Below, one piece after another: positions 52,900-64,000 of a stretch of 64,000 nucleotides of DNA (position 1 is its first letter; the number at the start of each line of letters is the position of its first letter). The notes beneath the pieces are model-generated. The model ran no database searches, was not told the origin of the DNA, and was given only the letters and a program-made list of their open reading frames with translations. The position numbers were made by a program, and so were the translations under genes. Origin of the DNA: Mobula hypostoma (lineage: Eukaryota); the NCBI RefSeq assembly GCF_963921235.1, contig NC_086118.1, forward strand, positions 27,034,001 to 27,098,000, read 5' to 3'.

Positions 52900-53930
52900 T
52901 GGGGCCATTGTGTTTAATATATTTGTCAAGTTATTGTTGAAAGAATAAATCATTTTATTTATTGAACAGTTTAGGTCACAAGGGTCGGATAAACTAGCCA
53001 GCTTAGAAATTTAAGTTGTGTTGCAGCATCAAGAAAACTTTTTTTAACTGTAATTTCTTTTGTGATGTCAGCTACAGTCAGGCGGGCACCAAAAAGTACA
53101 CACAAATGATCAGAGATAGAAGTATCAGAGAGAGTCATTAATAATATTAACCGCTTTGTTATTACTAAGTCAAGTGCATTTCCAGGTGAATGGGTGGGCT
53201 TATTGACATGTTGGGTGAGATCTGGGTTGTCTAGTAAGTTAATAAATTCAGCTGCCATAGAGTTTGTATTTGAAAGATCATTATTATGAACATTGAAATT
53301 GCCAGCAATGACAATACTGTCGTAGTCAATATACGATAGAAGATAAGAATTCTGTGAATTCCAAGAGAAAGCAGGCATTGGATTTAGGAGAGTGCTAAAT
53401 GATAAAGCAGAGAACAGGATCTGTACCACAAATTTTAAACATACTGTATGTTCCTCAGTACTTGAAAAATTGTTGACAGACCTAAAATGCCTTTTGAACT
53501 CCGTGGTAAGCCCACACCTCAATATTGTGGGCACGTGGCCAAGTGGTCAAGGCATTTGTCTAGTGATTTCAAGGTCGCTAGTTCAAGCCTCAGCTGTGGC
53601 AGCATGTTTGTGCTCTTGAGCAGGGCACATAATCACACATTGCTCTCGTGTCTGTGCGAGGAGTGGTGCCCTACACAGACTTCCAATCTGTGCCTTGTAA
53701 GGCATGAAAATGCCCAAAGCAGGCCTCAAGGTCTGAGTCGACATTCCCCCCTCAATATTGGGTCTTTCTATGCTGAAACTGTCATAGTCAGTAAGACATA
53801 GTGCGGAAAACTGACTGTATTCATTTGGCTTTAACCAAGTCACAGTTATGAACAAAAAATCTGGAGGTAATAATTACTTTTAAGATAAAAGTCTTATTTG
53901 AAAGTGACCTAACATTTATTAGAGCTAACT
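52900..53930 (-). mobile_element. L2-like LINE endonuclease fragment, split by the SINE
   Basis: FITVTWL, IAGNFNVH, QHVNKPTH..GNALDLVIT, SDH. Confidence 0.75.
53528..53749 (+). mobile_element. tRNA-derived SINE with CORE-like central domain
   Basis: A box TGGCCAAGTGG, B box AGTTCAAGCC, CORE-like GTGCTCTTGAGCAGGGCACATAATC; 11-bp TSD CCTCAATATTG (53517-53527, 53750-53760). Confidence 0.8.
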
Positions 53931-53959
53931 TGAACAGAGTTCAAATATTGTGAAGCTCG

Positions 53960-54490
53960 AAGTTCAAAAGCTGACAGTAAAATTTATTATCAGAGTACAT
54001 ACATGTGACCACATATAACCCGAATTTCTTTTTGTGCAAGTATACTTAGAAAATCTATAGAACAGTAACTGTAAACAGGATCTGTAAACTGTAAACATCA
54101 GGAACTGTAAACTGTGCAAATGCAGATAAGAAATAAATAACAATAAATAATGAACATGAAATAACAAGATAACGCAGTCCTTAAATGAGTGTAGTTCCCC
54201 CCCCCCCCACACTTTTTTCAACAGCCTGATGGTTGAGGGGTAGTAATTGTTCTTGAAACTGCTAGTGAAAGTCCTGAGGCACCTCTACCTGATGGCAGCA
54301 GCGGGAAAAGAGCATGGCCTGGGTGGTGAGCATCTTTGATGACAAATGCTGCTTTTCTACAGCAAAGTTTCATGTCAATGTTTGCAATAGTTGGGATTGT
54401 TTTATTTGTGATGTACTGGGCCTTTTGTAGGTTTTTCTACTCAGCGGCTTTGGTATTCCCATACCAGGCTGTGTACAATATTTCTGTCAG
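53960..54490 (-). mobile_element. Rex1/Babar 3' fragment
   Basis: Same 3' UTR as the copy at 59830-60150. Confidence 0.8.
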
Positions 54491-55049
54491 TACAGAGACA
54501 GTCAGAAAGTAATTTCAATGAAAAACAGGTGGAAGGTCCAAAAGGAAAATTGTTTTTACAGTGGATATTTAGGGTTTGCAATTCACTGCTGGGTATGGCA
54601 GATTCAATTATTATTAAACAGGAATTGTATATGTCTCTGGAAGGAGACTCAGAAATGATACATTCAATCACAGCATGCATATTGTTAGAAAGATGCAAAT
54701 CGAAGAGAAGAATGTACAGTGTCTATTTCAAATTTGAATACCTATGCCGAAGATACAGTATTTCAGTAGAAGAGCTTTGGCATGTGATTTACTGCAGAAG
54801 ACAATAGTGCTGATGAAATCCCTAATGAGTATCAGTGAAATTACTATTAATGCAAAATTAATCTGAAATATAGTTTACTGGACATAAATTTGAACTCTTG
54901 TCAACATATTTTGTTATAAAACATGATTTAAAAACCTCCTTAATTAACATAGGAAGTAATACATCATTACAGCCCTTGAACACAAAACTTGGCTTTGTAT
55001 GAAGTCTCAATATGTTGAGGGGAACAGGGCCACCAAGTTCCAACAGTTG

Positions 55050-55236
55050 TGAACACGAAGAATTCTGCAGGTGCTGGAAATTCAAGCAACACACATCAAA
55101 GTTGCTGGTGAATGCAGCAGGCCAGGCAGCATCTATAGGAAGAGGTACAGTCGAAGTTTCGGGCCGAGACCCTTCGTCAGGACTAACTGAAAGAAGAGCA
55201 AGTAAGAAATTTGAAAACTCCTTGATGTGTGTTGCT
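55050..55236 (-). mobile_element. Penelope-like terminal repeat with hammerhead motif (55149-55184) and a short inverted end
   Basis: Minus strand reads AGTC-CTGACGA-AGGG-TCTCGG-CCC-GAAA-CTTC-GACT; AGCAACACACATCAA is repeated in inverted orientation at the other end. Confidence 0.75.
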
Positions 55237-55289
55237 CCAACAATTGTGAGGTAGTTTTTAAGTTAATTAGGTTCCCTCTGTCCCTGATG

Positions 55290-56447
55290 GTCTAAATGAC
55301 CTTTCTGCATGCTTTGAGGCGTGCAAGACAACACCAGCCACAAAAGCTACCCTGTCCCAGGTGAGCAGCCACTGTCTGGAACAACAGCAGACGTGGGAAG
55401 GACTCTTCAGAGAGTCAACCACCGTGAAGGGGCCATGCCAGGCGACATCTTATGCCAAGTACTCAGTGAGTGTGCACACCAGCTCACCGACATCTTCAGC
55501 AGTTCACTCATCCAGGCTGCTGACCCCACATACTTCACTATCATCCCTGTGCCAAAGAACTTGACACCTTCAGAAATAAACACCTACTGACACCGATTAT
55601 CCTGAAGTGCTTTGAATGGCTGGTAATGGCACGCATCAAAAACCCAGTCCTACCTCACTGGACATTCACAAATATGCTTACTGACAGAACTGCTCTATGA
55701 CAGATACCATAGCATCTGTCATGCACCTGGCCCCGACGCATCTAGAAAACAAGAACGCTTAAGTCAGAATGTTGTTCCAGGATTTCATTTCGGCATTCAA
55801 CACTGTAGTCTCACCACTGTGTAACTGGGTGTTCGATTTCCTAACCAACCGATCTTGGAGAGTCGGGACACAGAAGCTGTCATCCTCAACACAGGTGACC
55901 ATCAGAGCTGTATGCTGAACCCACTGCTGTACATTCTGTTCATGCATGACTGTAAGGTCAAACACCCAAGTAATCACATTGTCAAGTTTACAGATGACAC
56001 GATAGTGGTGGGGCTCATCACCAGCAACGATAAGACGGCCTTCAGAGAAGAGGTGGAAGAGCTCAAGACCTACTACTAAGCAAATAATCTCTTCCACACT
56101 GTCAATAAGACAAGGGAAAACTTGTACCGCTCACATACCTCGTTACATCAACAGCACGGCAGTGGAAACTGTGATCAGTTTCAGCCTCTTGGAAGTGCAC
56201 ATCTCACAACCTCTCGTGATCTAAGAACACAGCCAACACAATCAGGAAAGTTCAGCAATATCCCTTTTTCTGAGCAGGCCAAACAGAACTGGACAATGTG
56301 CATCTATACTAAGGTCTTTCTACAGATGTGCAGTTGGGAGCTTCCTAACACGCTGCATCACTGCATGGTACAAAATCTTCACTGCAGCAGAGAGGAAGGC
56401 ACTACAACGTGTCGTCAAAACTGCCCAATGCACCACCGGCACCAGCC
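55290..56447 (+). mobile_element. Rex1/Babar RT region; probable continuation at 62810-63200
   Basis: TIIPVPK, LNTG..Q.C.LNPLLY, IVKFTDDT. It ends at QRVVKTAQ..TGTS, and RKRASNLMRDPTHPAH..PLPSG resumes at about 62815. Confidence 0.82.
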
Positions 56448-58020
56448 TGTTATGTTCTGAAACTCCAAAACATTAAACTAATGCAAGAGAGCTGAGAGAT
56501 GTGAGTCTTATATCATGTTTACTTTAAGTGAAGCATGCACATACCACATAGTAACATCACAATGTATGCAGTTCATGTATTGTTACATATAATCTGTAAT
56601 GAATTACTTAAACAAACATGAATGGTTAATCAAACAATGTATTTACAATATTACTCAAATATTACTGAAATATTAAGTAATCACTCCTCTCTCTTTAGCT
56701 ATAAGCTCCAACTCAACATAGAATGCATCTCAACTATATACACAGTACACTGTATAATACAACTATTATACAGAGATCTACAGCAGGGTAAACTTTTAAA
56801 TTGTCCCATTCAAGGTTAAAGATTTAATTGTTGTGGATGCTTTCTTACTCTTGTGTGATAATGTCTTTCCTGACAAGGGGGATCCCTCTGCTTGGCAGGT
56901 GAGACTTGTGGCTGTGCGACAATCTCAGTCTCAGGGGTGTCCTCTGTGGTGGTTGTAGGAGTCGACTTTGATACTGTTCTGACACCTTTCCTCTCCTTTT
57001 CTCAGCTTTTCTCTCTGGATCTACTTTGTATTTCGATCCTTACTTCTCTCCTGGTCCTGGGTTCTTTCTATTTATTTCACACTGTTTTCTTTCTCACATT
57101 CCTTCTCCCTTTCATGCCTTTCTCTTTTTCTTCTTCGAGTTTCTTGTGAGTATCTCTGAATTTGGAAATTTCTCGAGAAATTAGGTCTCATTTATCATCT
57201 TCCATTTCCATAGCATGTATGTCATCCTCCTCTTTTCATTTTTCTTCTTTCTAGGACGTGCATCTTAATCTTGGGAAGGGGTATTTAGTTAACTGGAGCA
57301 TTCTCTTATTAATCTTTCTATTGCTCCCTTTCTGATATAATGCCTCCTCTCGGTTTCCTCATCCACAACATCATCTGACAAATCCTCTGTCTTCCTATCT
57401 CCATTGACTCCTTTCCATTCTTCCAGTTGGGCGTTGGTATTTGTATCAGCAATTACAAGCAGCTTTTGTCTCCCATTTGAAGTTCATGCAATAACCTTAA
57501 TACACACTGGGTAGATTCTGGGTCTTTATACTCACAAATGCCGAATACTTGCAATTTTACTGAAGTTCCTTGAGTTCTCTTCTAGCTTAAAACTAAGCCA
57601 TATTTTGCAAGTAACTGTCTGATTAACATATCAGAAGCTTTCTCAGATACGTTCCTACAAAAACTGCTAAGTCAGACCACTGCTTTCATGAATTCTCTGA
57701 GCCACATGGTCCTTCCTTGGTCCAATATGCTTTCCCACCAGAGGCACTGAGGTTGGTACCAACAACTGTTTGCCCTCTGTTGGCCAACAGTTCATGGTAT
57801 AGAGTATGGAGAGAGTTGTGGCATCATCCAGTACCTTTCTCAATTTACTTTCAGTTGGCTTTATTGCAGGGTATGTGGCATGAAGATGGTGGATGGATCT
57901 CCAATCAAGTTGTCATTGTTTCAGCCACTCATGCCCCCACAATGCTGGCCCTTCTGTTCAGTATGGCTTGTTGATTGTTGTATTTCACTGTTGTGGTCAT
58001 TCCCAAGGAGTTATCTTTTC
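56448..58020 (-). mobile_element. Chimeric Gypsy LTR retrotransposon remnant: protease-end region, captured RBM25, integrase tail, PPT and 3' LTR
   Basis: LTR 56448-56683 with TG..CA ends. PPT AAAGAGAGAGGAG at 56684-56696. Pol C-terminus STPTTTTEDTPETEIVAQPQVSPAKQRDPPCQERHYHTRVRKHPQQLNL. Protease-end residues VKYNNQQA..GPALWGHEWLKQ*QLDWRSIH at about 57820-58020. Confidence 0.8.
56990..57767 (-). pseudogene. RBM25: Processed (intronless) RBM25 pseudogene fragment: RRM and start of the RE/RD-rich region
   Basis: Manual minus-strand translation gives LVPTSVPLVGKHIGPRKDH...AVFVG-VSEKASDMLIRQLLAKYGLVLS*KRTQGTSVKLQVFGICEYKDPESTQCVLRLLHELQMGDK-LLV...KGAIERLIRE...RPRKKK...EDDIHAMEMEDDK*DLISREISKFRDTHKKLEEEK. 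This matches vertebrate RBM25 as I recall it. It carries stops and frameshifts and has no introns. Confidence 0.9.
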
Positions 58021-58436
58021 TCCAGTACAAGCATGCCAAAAGGGCAATGTTACAATAATCATGAAGAATTCAATATTCAGGTAGATTGGGAAAATCAGGT
58101 TGGCACTGGATTCCAAAAGGGGAAATTTCTAGAATGCCTCCAAGATGGCTTTTTAGAGCAGCTCATGGTTGCTCCCACTAGGGGATCAGCTATGCTGCAT
58201 TATCTGTTGTGCAATGAACTGGAGTTGATTAGAGAAGTTAAGGTAAATCATTCCTTAGAGGCAAGTGATAGAATATGATAGAATTCACCCTGAAAATCTG
58301 CGATGAAGAAGCAAGTTCAGATGTATCAGTATTACAGTGGAGTAAAGGGAATTACAGAGGCATGAGAGAGGAGCTGGTCAAAACTGATTGGAAAAGAACT
58401 CTGGCAGAGCAGACCTCAGAGCAGCAATGGCTGGAA

Positions 58437-59097
58437 TGGAGGAGGAGAAGATGGCAACGCGACGCAGTGCACAGCGGCCACTCCGGTGAATGATATCTGT
58501 TATCTGTCAAGTAGGGTGCCGTACACAATCCTGATTTGATGGAGACAGATGTGAGAGCACAGAGGAACATCTGAAGAAACTTCTGAAATGTCTTCTTCGC
58601 AGCTGCTGCTACTGTGTGATCCAGAATCTCCGGTGGAGAAGGCCCCGAGTCCTCGGCTTTGCTTGTTGTTCGGCGGCCGGGGTGGGGTCGAAGCACTCGG
58701 CAGAGGATGGTGCTCGGGAGGCTGTATTGGAGGGGCTGGTCGAAGACTCGAAGCTTTCGGATGGGCTCAGAGTCCGTTGTGGTCGGGTGCTTCCAATGCA
58801 TCGGCAGTCATCAGCGCCTGGAGGTTTATGGCAGGGAGAGTTTCTCCCCTTTGCTGCCTGCTATCGGAACTATCGGGAGTCGATTGGAACTTTGAGACTT
58901 TTTTTACCGTGCCCATGGTCTGCTCTTTATCAAATTATGGTATTGCTTTGCACTGCTGTTACAATTATGTGGTCTTGTCAGTGTTTGTCCTGTTTTTTTT
59001 TGTGATATCACTCTGGAGGAACATTGTATCATTTCTTAATGCATGCATTTCTAAATGACAATATATGAGGACTGATGGTCCTCGTAATCTAATCTAA
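58437..59097 (+). mobile_element. Non-autonomous non-coding retroelement with (AATCT)n tail, inserted in CR1
   Basis: It interrupts the CR1 frame WLE|FLEA. 5' YY1-like AAGATGGC; CpG-rich body; 3' GAGGAC/GTCCTC hairpin followed by AATCTAATCTAA. Confidence 0.65.
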
Positions 59098-59831
59098 TTT
59101 CTGGAAGCAAATCAGAAGGCACAGGATATATACATTCCACAGAGGAAGAAGTATTCCAAACACAAGATGACATAACCATAGCTCAGAAGAAGTCAAGGCC
59201 AATATGCCAAAGAGAAGGCATATAATAGAGTAAAAATTAGTGGGGAGTTAGGATTGAGAAGGTTTTAAAAACCAACAGAAAGCAACTAAAAAGTAATTAA
59301 GAAGGAAAAGGTGGAATACAAAAGTAAGATAGACAATAATATTAAAGAGGATACCAAAGTTTCTTCTGATACATAAGGTGTAAAAGAGAAGAAAGAGTGG
59401 ATATTGGACCACTGGAAAATGATGTAGGAGGTAGTAATGGAGGACAAGGAAATGGCGGATGAACTGAATAAGTATTTTGCATCAGTGTTTACTGTGGTTG
59501 AAATTCCAGGTGTCAGGGGGCATGAAGTGTGTGAAATTGCCAATACTAGGGATAAAGTTCTTGGAAACCTCATGGTCTGTAGGTAGATGGTACACACCCG
59601 AGGGTTCCAAAAGAGGTGGCTGAAGAGATTGTGGCAGCATCACTAATGATCTTCCAAGAATCACTAGATTCTGGGATGGTTCTGGAAGACTGAAAAATTG
59701 CAAATGTCACTCCAGTCTTCAAGAAGGGGAAAGGGAGAAGAAATAAAATTATAGGCCAGTTAGCCTAACCTCACTGTTGGAGGTTGGTAGTTAAGGATAT
59801 GGTTTCAGGGTACTTGGAGTCACATGATAAA

Positions 59832-62460
59832 GTTCAAAGTTCAAAGTAACATTTATTATCAGAGTAAATACATGTCAGCACATACAATCCTGAGATCCTT
59901 TTTCTGCGGGCATATTTAGCAAATCTATAAAACAGTAACTGTAAACAGGATCTGTAAACTGTAAACATCAGGAACCATAAACAGTAAACAAACTGTGCAA
60001 ATGCAGAAAATAAATGATGAGCATTAAATAACAAGATAAAAGGGTCCTTAAGTAGGTGCAGTTATCCTCTTTAGTTCAAGAGCCTGATGGTTGAGGGGTA
60101 GTAACTGTTCTTGAACCTGTTGATGTGAGTCCTGAGGCTCTCATACCTTCTACCTGATGGCAGCAGTGAGGAAAAAGACATGGCCTGGGTGGTGAGGATC
60201 TTTGATGATGGATACTGCGTTTCTACGGCAACGTTTCATGTAGATGTGCTCAATGGTTGGGAGAGTTTTATCCATATTGTACTGGGCCAGATCCACTAAC
60301 TTTTGTCGGATTTTCCGCTCAGTGGCACTGGTGTTCCCATACCAGGCCAAGATGCAGCTAGTCAGACACTTTCCACAACACACGTATGGAAGTTTGCCAA
60401 GGTTTTTGATGACATGCTCGATCTCTGCAGATTCCCGAGGAAGTAGAGGCTTTCTTCACAATTATATTCATGTGATAGTTCCAGGACAAATTTTCTGAGA
60501 TAATGACACACAGGAATTTAAGGTCACTGACCCTCTCCACCTCTGATCTTCCAATGATTACTGGCTCATGGACCTCTTCTTTCCCCTCTCCTATGTCTAC
60601 AAACAGTTCCTTGTTCTTATTGACATTGAGTGCAAGGTCGTTGTTATTACAACACTCAGCCAAATTTTCAATCTCCCTCCTGTATGCTAATTTATAACCA
60701 CCTTTGATACAGCCCACAACAGTGGTGTTGTCAGCAAACTTGTATATGGTGTGTTGGAGCTGTGCTTAGCCACACAGTCATAGGTGTAAAGAGAGTAGAG
60801 CAGGGGGCTGAGTACACATCCTTGTGGTGCTGCTGTGCCAGTGGAGATGGTGGATCAGATGCTTTTGCCCATCTGAACTGACTGGGGTCGACAAGTGAGG
60901 AAATCCAGGGTCCAATTGCAGAAGGGGGTATTGAGGTCCAGGTCTTGGAGTTTCCTGATGAGCTTAGAGGGAATGATGGTGTTAAATGCTGAGCTGTAAT
61001 CGATAAAAAAGCATTCTGATGTATGCTGCTTTGTTGTCCAGATATTCCACGTTGTGTGAAGAGCCAATAAGATAGCATCTGCTGTAGACCCGTTGCTTCA
61101 GTAGGTGAATTGGAGCGGATCCAAATTGCAACTCAGACAGGAGCTGTTATGCATCAACACCAGCCTCTCAAAACACTTCATCACTGTGGATGTAAGTGCC
61201 ACTGGGCGATAGTCATTTAGACAGGTTACCACGCTCTTCTTGGGCACTGGTACGATTGAAGCCTTCTTGAGACAGGTGGGTACCACACACTGCCAGAGTG
61301 AGAGGTTGAAGATATCTGTGAATACACCAGCCAGCCAGTGTCAGCACAGGTCTTCAGTACCTGGTCAAATTCTCTGTCCAGACCAGATGCTTTCCTTGGA
61401 TTCACTCTCTTGAAGGCTCTGCAGTCCTCTATGTTGTAAGATTTAATTTTGTAGGCAGTTATGGCATCCAAACCCTGCCACAGCTGTTGAGCATCCTTCA
61501 TTGATTCCAGTCTAGTCTGGAATCTCTACTTCACCCGAGAGGTGGCTCTCTGGAGATCATACCTCTAGTAGCATTCTTGATCTTCAGACTTGAATGCCTC
61601 TGATCTGGCTCTCAGCATATTCTGGATTTCATTGTTCACCCAGGGCTTCTGATTGGGAGAAACCATGAACGATTTTGTGGGAAGATGCTCATCTGCAGGT
61701 GTTTTAACAAAGTCTGTAATGACCCTGGTGTAATCATTCAGATCCTCAGATGATTTCTTGAACACAACTCAGTCCACTGGCTCAAGAGTTGGTCTGCCTC
61801 CCGTGACCACCTCTTAGCTGCCTTGATCTCTGGGGCCTTGCACTGTCTATATGTATGCAGGAAGTAGAAGCCAAATGACCTGACTTGCCAAATGCAGTCT
61901 CGGGAAGGAACAATAGGTGTTCCTTATCGTGGTGTAGCTGTGGTCTAGTGTGTTGGGACCTCCGTTTCAGCAGGTTATGTGCTGGTGATAATTGGACAGG
62001 GTTTTCTTCAAACAGGCCTGGTTAAAGTCACCAACTACAATTTGAAATGCGTGGGATGAGCTATTTCTTGTTTACAGACAACATCATACAGTTTTGTGAG
62101 TACTTACTTATAATCAGCTGCTGGTGGTATGTAAACTGTGGTCAGGATCATGGTTGAGAATTCCCGAGGCAAATAGAATGGTCTACATTTATTCGTTAGT
62201 TGTTCTAAGTCAGTTTACATGACCCCAACAATTGTGCACCATTGAGAATTGACTAAAAAGCCACCTCTTTCCTTAACAGAGTTCATGGTTCAACACATCC
62301 TGAAAATCGTACAACCTTCCAGTCGTATCACTGCATTAGGTGTATCAAGTTTCAGTGCAACAAACAATGGAGATCTGGCTCATCTGCTTCTGATACAGCA
62401 GCCCTGCCCTGAGATTGTCAATCTTACTTTCCAGTGACTGTACATTCGCCAACAAGAAAT
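59832..62460 (-). mobile_element. Long decayed Rex1/Babar LINE
   Basis: [48 protein letters not shown]; (AACTTTG)n tail. Confidence 0.9.
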
Positions 62461-62809
62461 GTAGTCAGCATGGCTTCTTCAAGGGAAAATTTTGCCAGAT
62501 AAATCTGTTGAAATTCTTTGAAGAAATAACAAGCAGGCTAGACAAAGAAGAATCAGTTGATGTTGTATATTTGGTTTTTCAAAAGGCATTTGACATTTTG
62601 CCACACATGAGGCTGCTTAACAAATTAAGAGCTCATGCGATTACAGGAAAGATACCGGCATGGATAAAGCAGTGGCTGATTGGCAGAAGGAAAAGAGTGG
62701 GAATAACGGGAGCCTTTTGTGGTTGGTTGCCAGTGACTAGTGGTGTTCTACAGGGGTCTGTGTTAGGACCACTTCTTTTTGCATTACATGTATATGTCAA
62801 TGACTGAGA

Positions 62810-63210
62810 TGATGGCCGGAAAAGGGCTAGTAACCTCATGAGGGATCCCACACACCCTGCTCATAGATTGTTTGAGCCACTCCCATCAGGTAACATCAGG
62901 TAACAGACTCAAAACAGTTACTTTCCCCAAGCAGTAAGGCCGATCAACACCTCCACCTTTAACCCACCCCTCCACACCCTACCAGCACTGCTTTATCATT
63001 TTCTGTCAGAGCCATTTTATGTACCTAGCATAACTTTACAGACATACATTCAATCTACAGTATGTATGCAAACTACTTTATGTATTTATATTTATTGTGT
63101 TTTCATTTTTATTGTGTTATTTATCTTATTGTGTTTTTTGAGCTGCATTGGATCTGAAGTAACAATTAATTCATTCTCCTTAATCTTGTGTATTGGAAAT
63201 AATCTTAAAT
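62810..63210 (+). mobile_element. Rex1/Babar 3' end
   Basis: DPTHPAH..PLPSG, YFPQAVR; AT-rich 3' UTR. Confidence 0.75.
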
Positions 63211-64000
63211 CTTGTTAGGAAATATGATCCTGTGTGTAGCCACATTTAATGAAACTTATCTCAATGAGGGATTAATTTCTTGGTAATCATTTTAACAAAC
63301 ATAAATCTAAGTAACTACAAATCCTAAACTACATTGTGCCAATGTGGATTAGATTTTCTCTCTCATATTAGTTAATTCCTCTATTTAACAAATGCATTAA
63401 AAATGTAAATGAGATCATATCAAAATTTATCCATCACGAAAGTTATCCTGGTGAAACCTTTATTAAAATTATAGACAAAGGAGGTATTGATTCATATGGA
63501 AAACATATGAAAGTATTGAACATCTTTCACTACTGGAGGTGGAGGTACTCGTAACCCTGGGATGGGACTGCAGACAGATCAATAACCAGCAGGGAATGAA
63601 ATGAGGAGAGACCCATGCATTAAAATCAATGGTTTTGACAGGTCACATACAACTAACCTTGTAATACACTCTGTCCTATTTACTCACTATGTAAAATTCT
63701 ACACTATTGCTTTCTAAAATATGAAAGAACAATTATTCAAAACATAACCATATTTTGCACTTGTATCAGTCAATACTGACTCACAGTCCTCCACAGACAA
63801 GTTACCTTGACCTACAACACTAAAGCATTCAGTGTCTCAAAAGGTATTTAACCAAAAGGTGTTAGCTGACCTACGGTCACACTTTTGATTAGCTATGTGC
63901 TTACCTTTAAAAAAAAGTACATTGGTTGCTTTTGGTAGCACTCTAATTAATTGATTTTCTGAAAACAAATGCTTATTTCATATTTTGCTTCAGGCGAGCC

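Larger units (their letters stand above)
58020..62810 (+). mobile_element. CR1 ORF2 (58020-59830 and 62460-62810), interrupted by two insertions
   Basis: FLECLQDGFLEQ, NKYFASVFT, YRPVSLTS; the frame stops at HDK (about 59830) and resumes at SQHGFFKG (about 62465). Confidence 0.85.

Noticed and set aside
53528..53600. tRNA gene
   Set aside because: A/B boxes are present but it runs into a SINE body flanked by a TSD, and no clean cloverleaf is evident.
54529..54807. 92-aa ORF in non-repeat DNA
   Set aside because: GTG start, no recognisable motif; compatible with chance.
56990..57767. Functional RBM25 gene
   Set aside because: Multiple stops and frameshifts; no N-terminus and no PWI domain.
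1..64000. Prokaryotic systems (CRISPR array, retron, defence operon) suggested by the many RT ORFs
   Set aside because: All RT fragments carry eukaryotic LINE or Gypsy motifs; there are no repeat-spacer arrays or operon structure.
1..64000. Most short ORFs in the six-frame track as genes
   Set aside because: They are TE fragments, antisense shadows of TE or GPCR frames, or chance ORFs, many with non-ATG starts.

Overview
This is repeat-dense vertebrate genomic DNA, not prokaryotic. The mix of CR1, Rex1/Babar, Penelope-like elements and V-SINEs suggests a cartilaginous fish (inference). Most of the window is nested, decayed transposons: CR1, Rex1/Babar, L2 and RTE-like LINEs; one HERO-type RLE retrotransposon; Gypsy LTR elements; hAT and Tc1/mariner elements; SINEs. 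The only intact host gene I can support is an intronless urotensin II receptor-family GPCR (minus strand, 40184-41260), sitting in a roughly 3.3 kb stretch with no recognisable transposon. Four things stand out. (1) A spliced RBM25 mRNA fragment lies inside a Gypsy element, between its protease region and its integrase tail/PPT/3' LTR, consistent with LTR-mediated gene capture. (2) Four minimal hammerhead-ribozyme motifs occur in Penelope-like repeats. (3) The HERO 3' UTR is structured and holds hammerhead-like core words in a non-canonical order. (4) There are multi-level nested insertions with readable target-site duplications (TSDs). Boundaries of decayed repeats are approximate. Family names come from motif recognition, not database searches.
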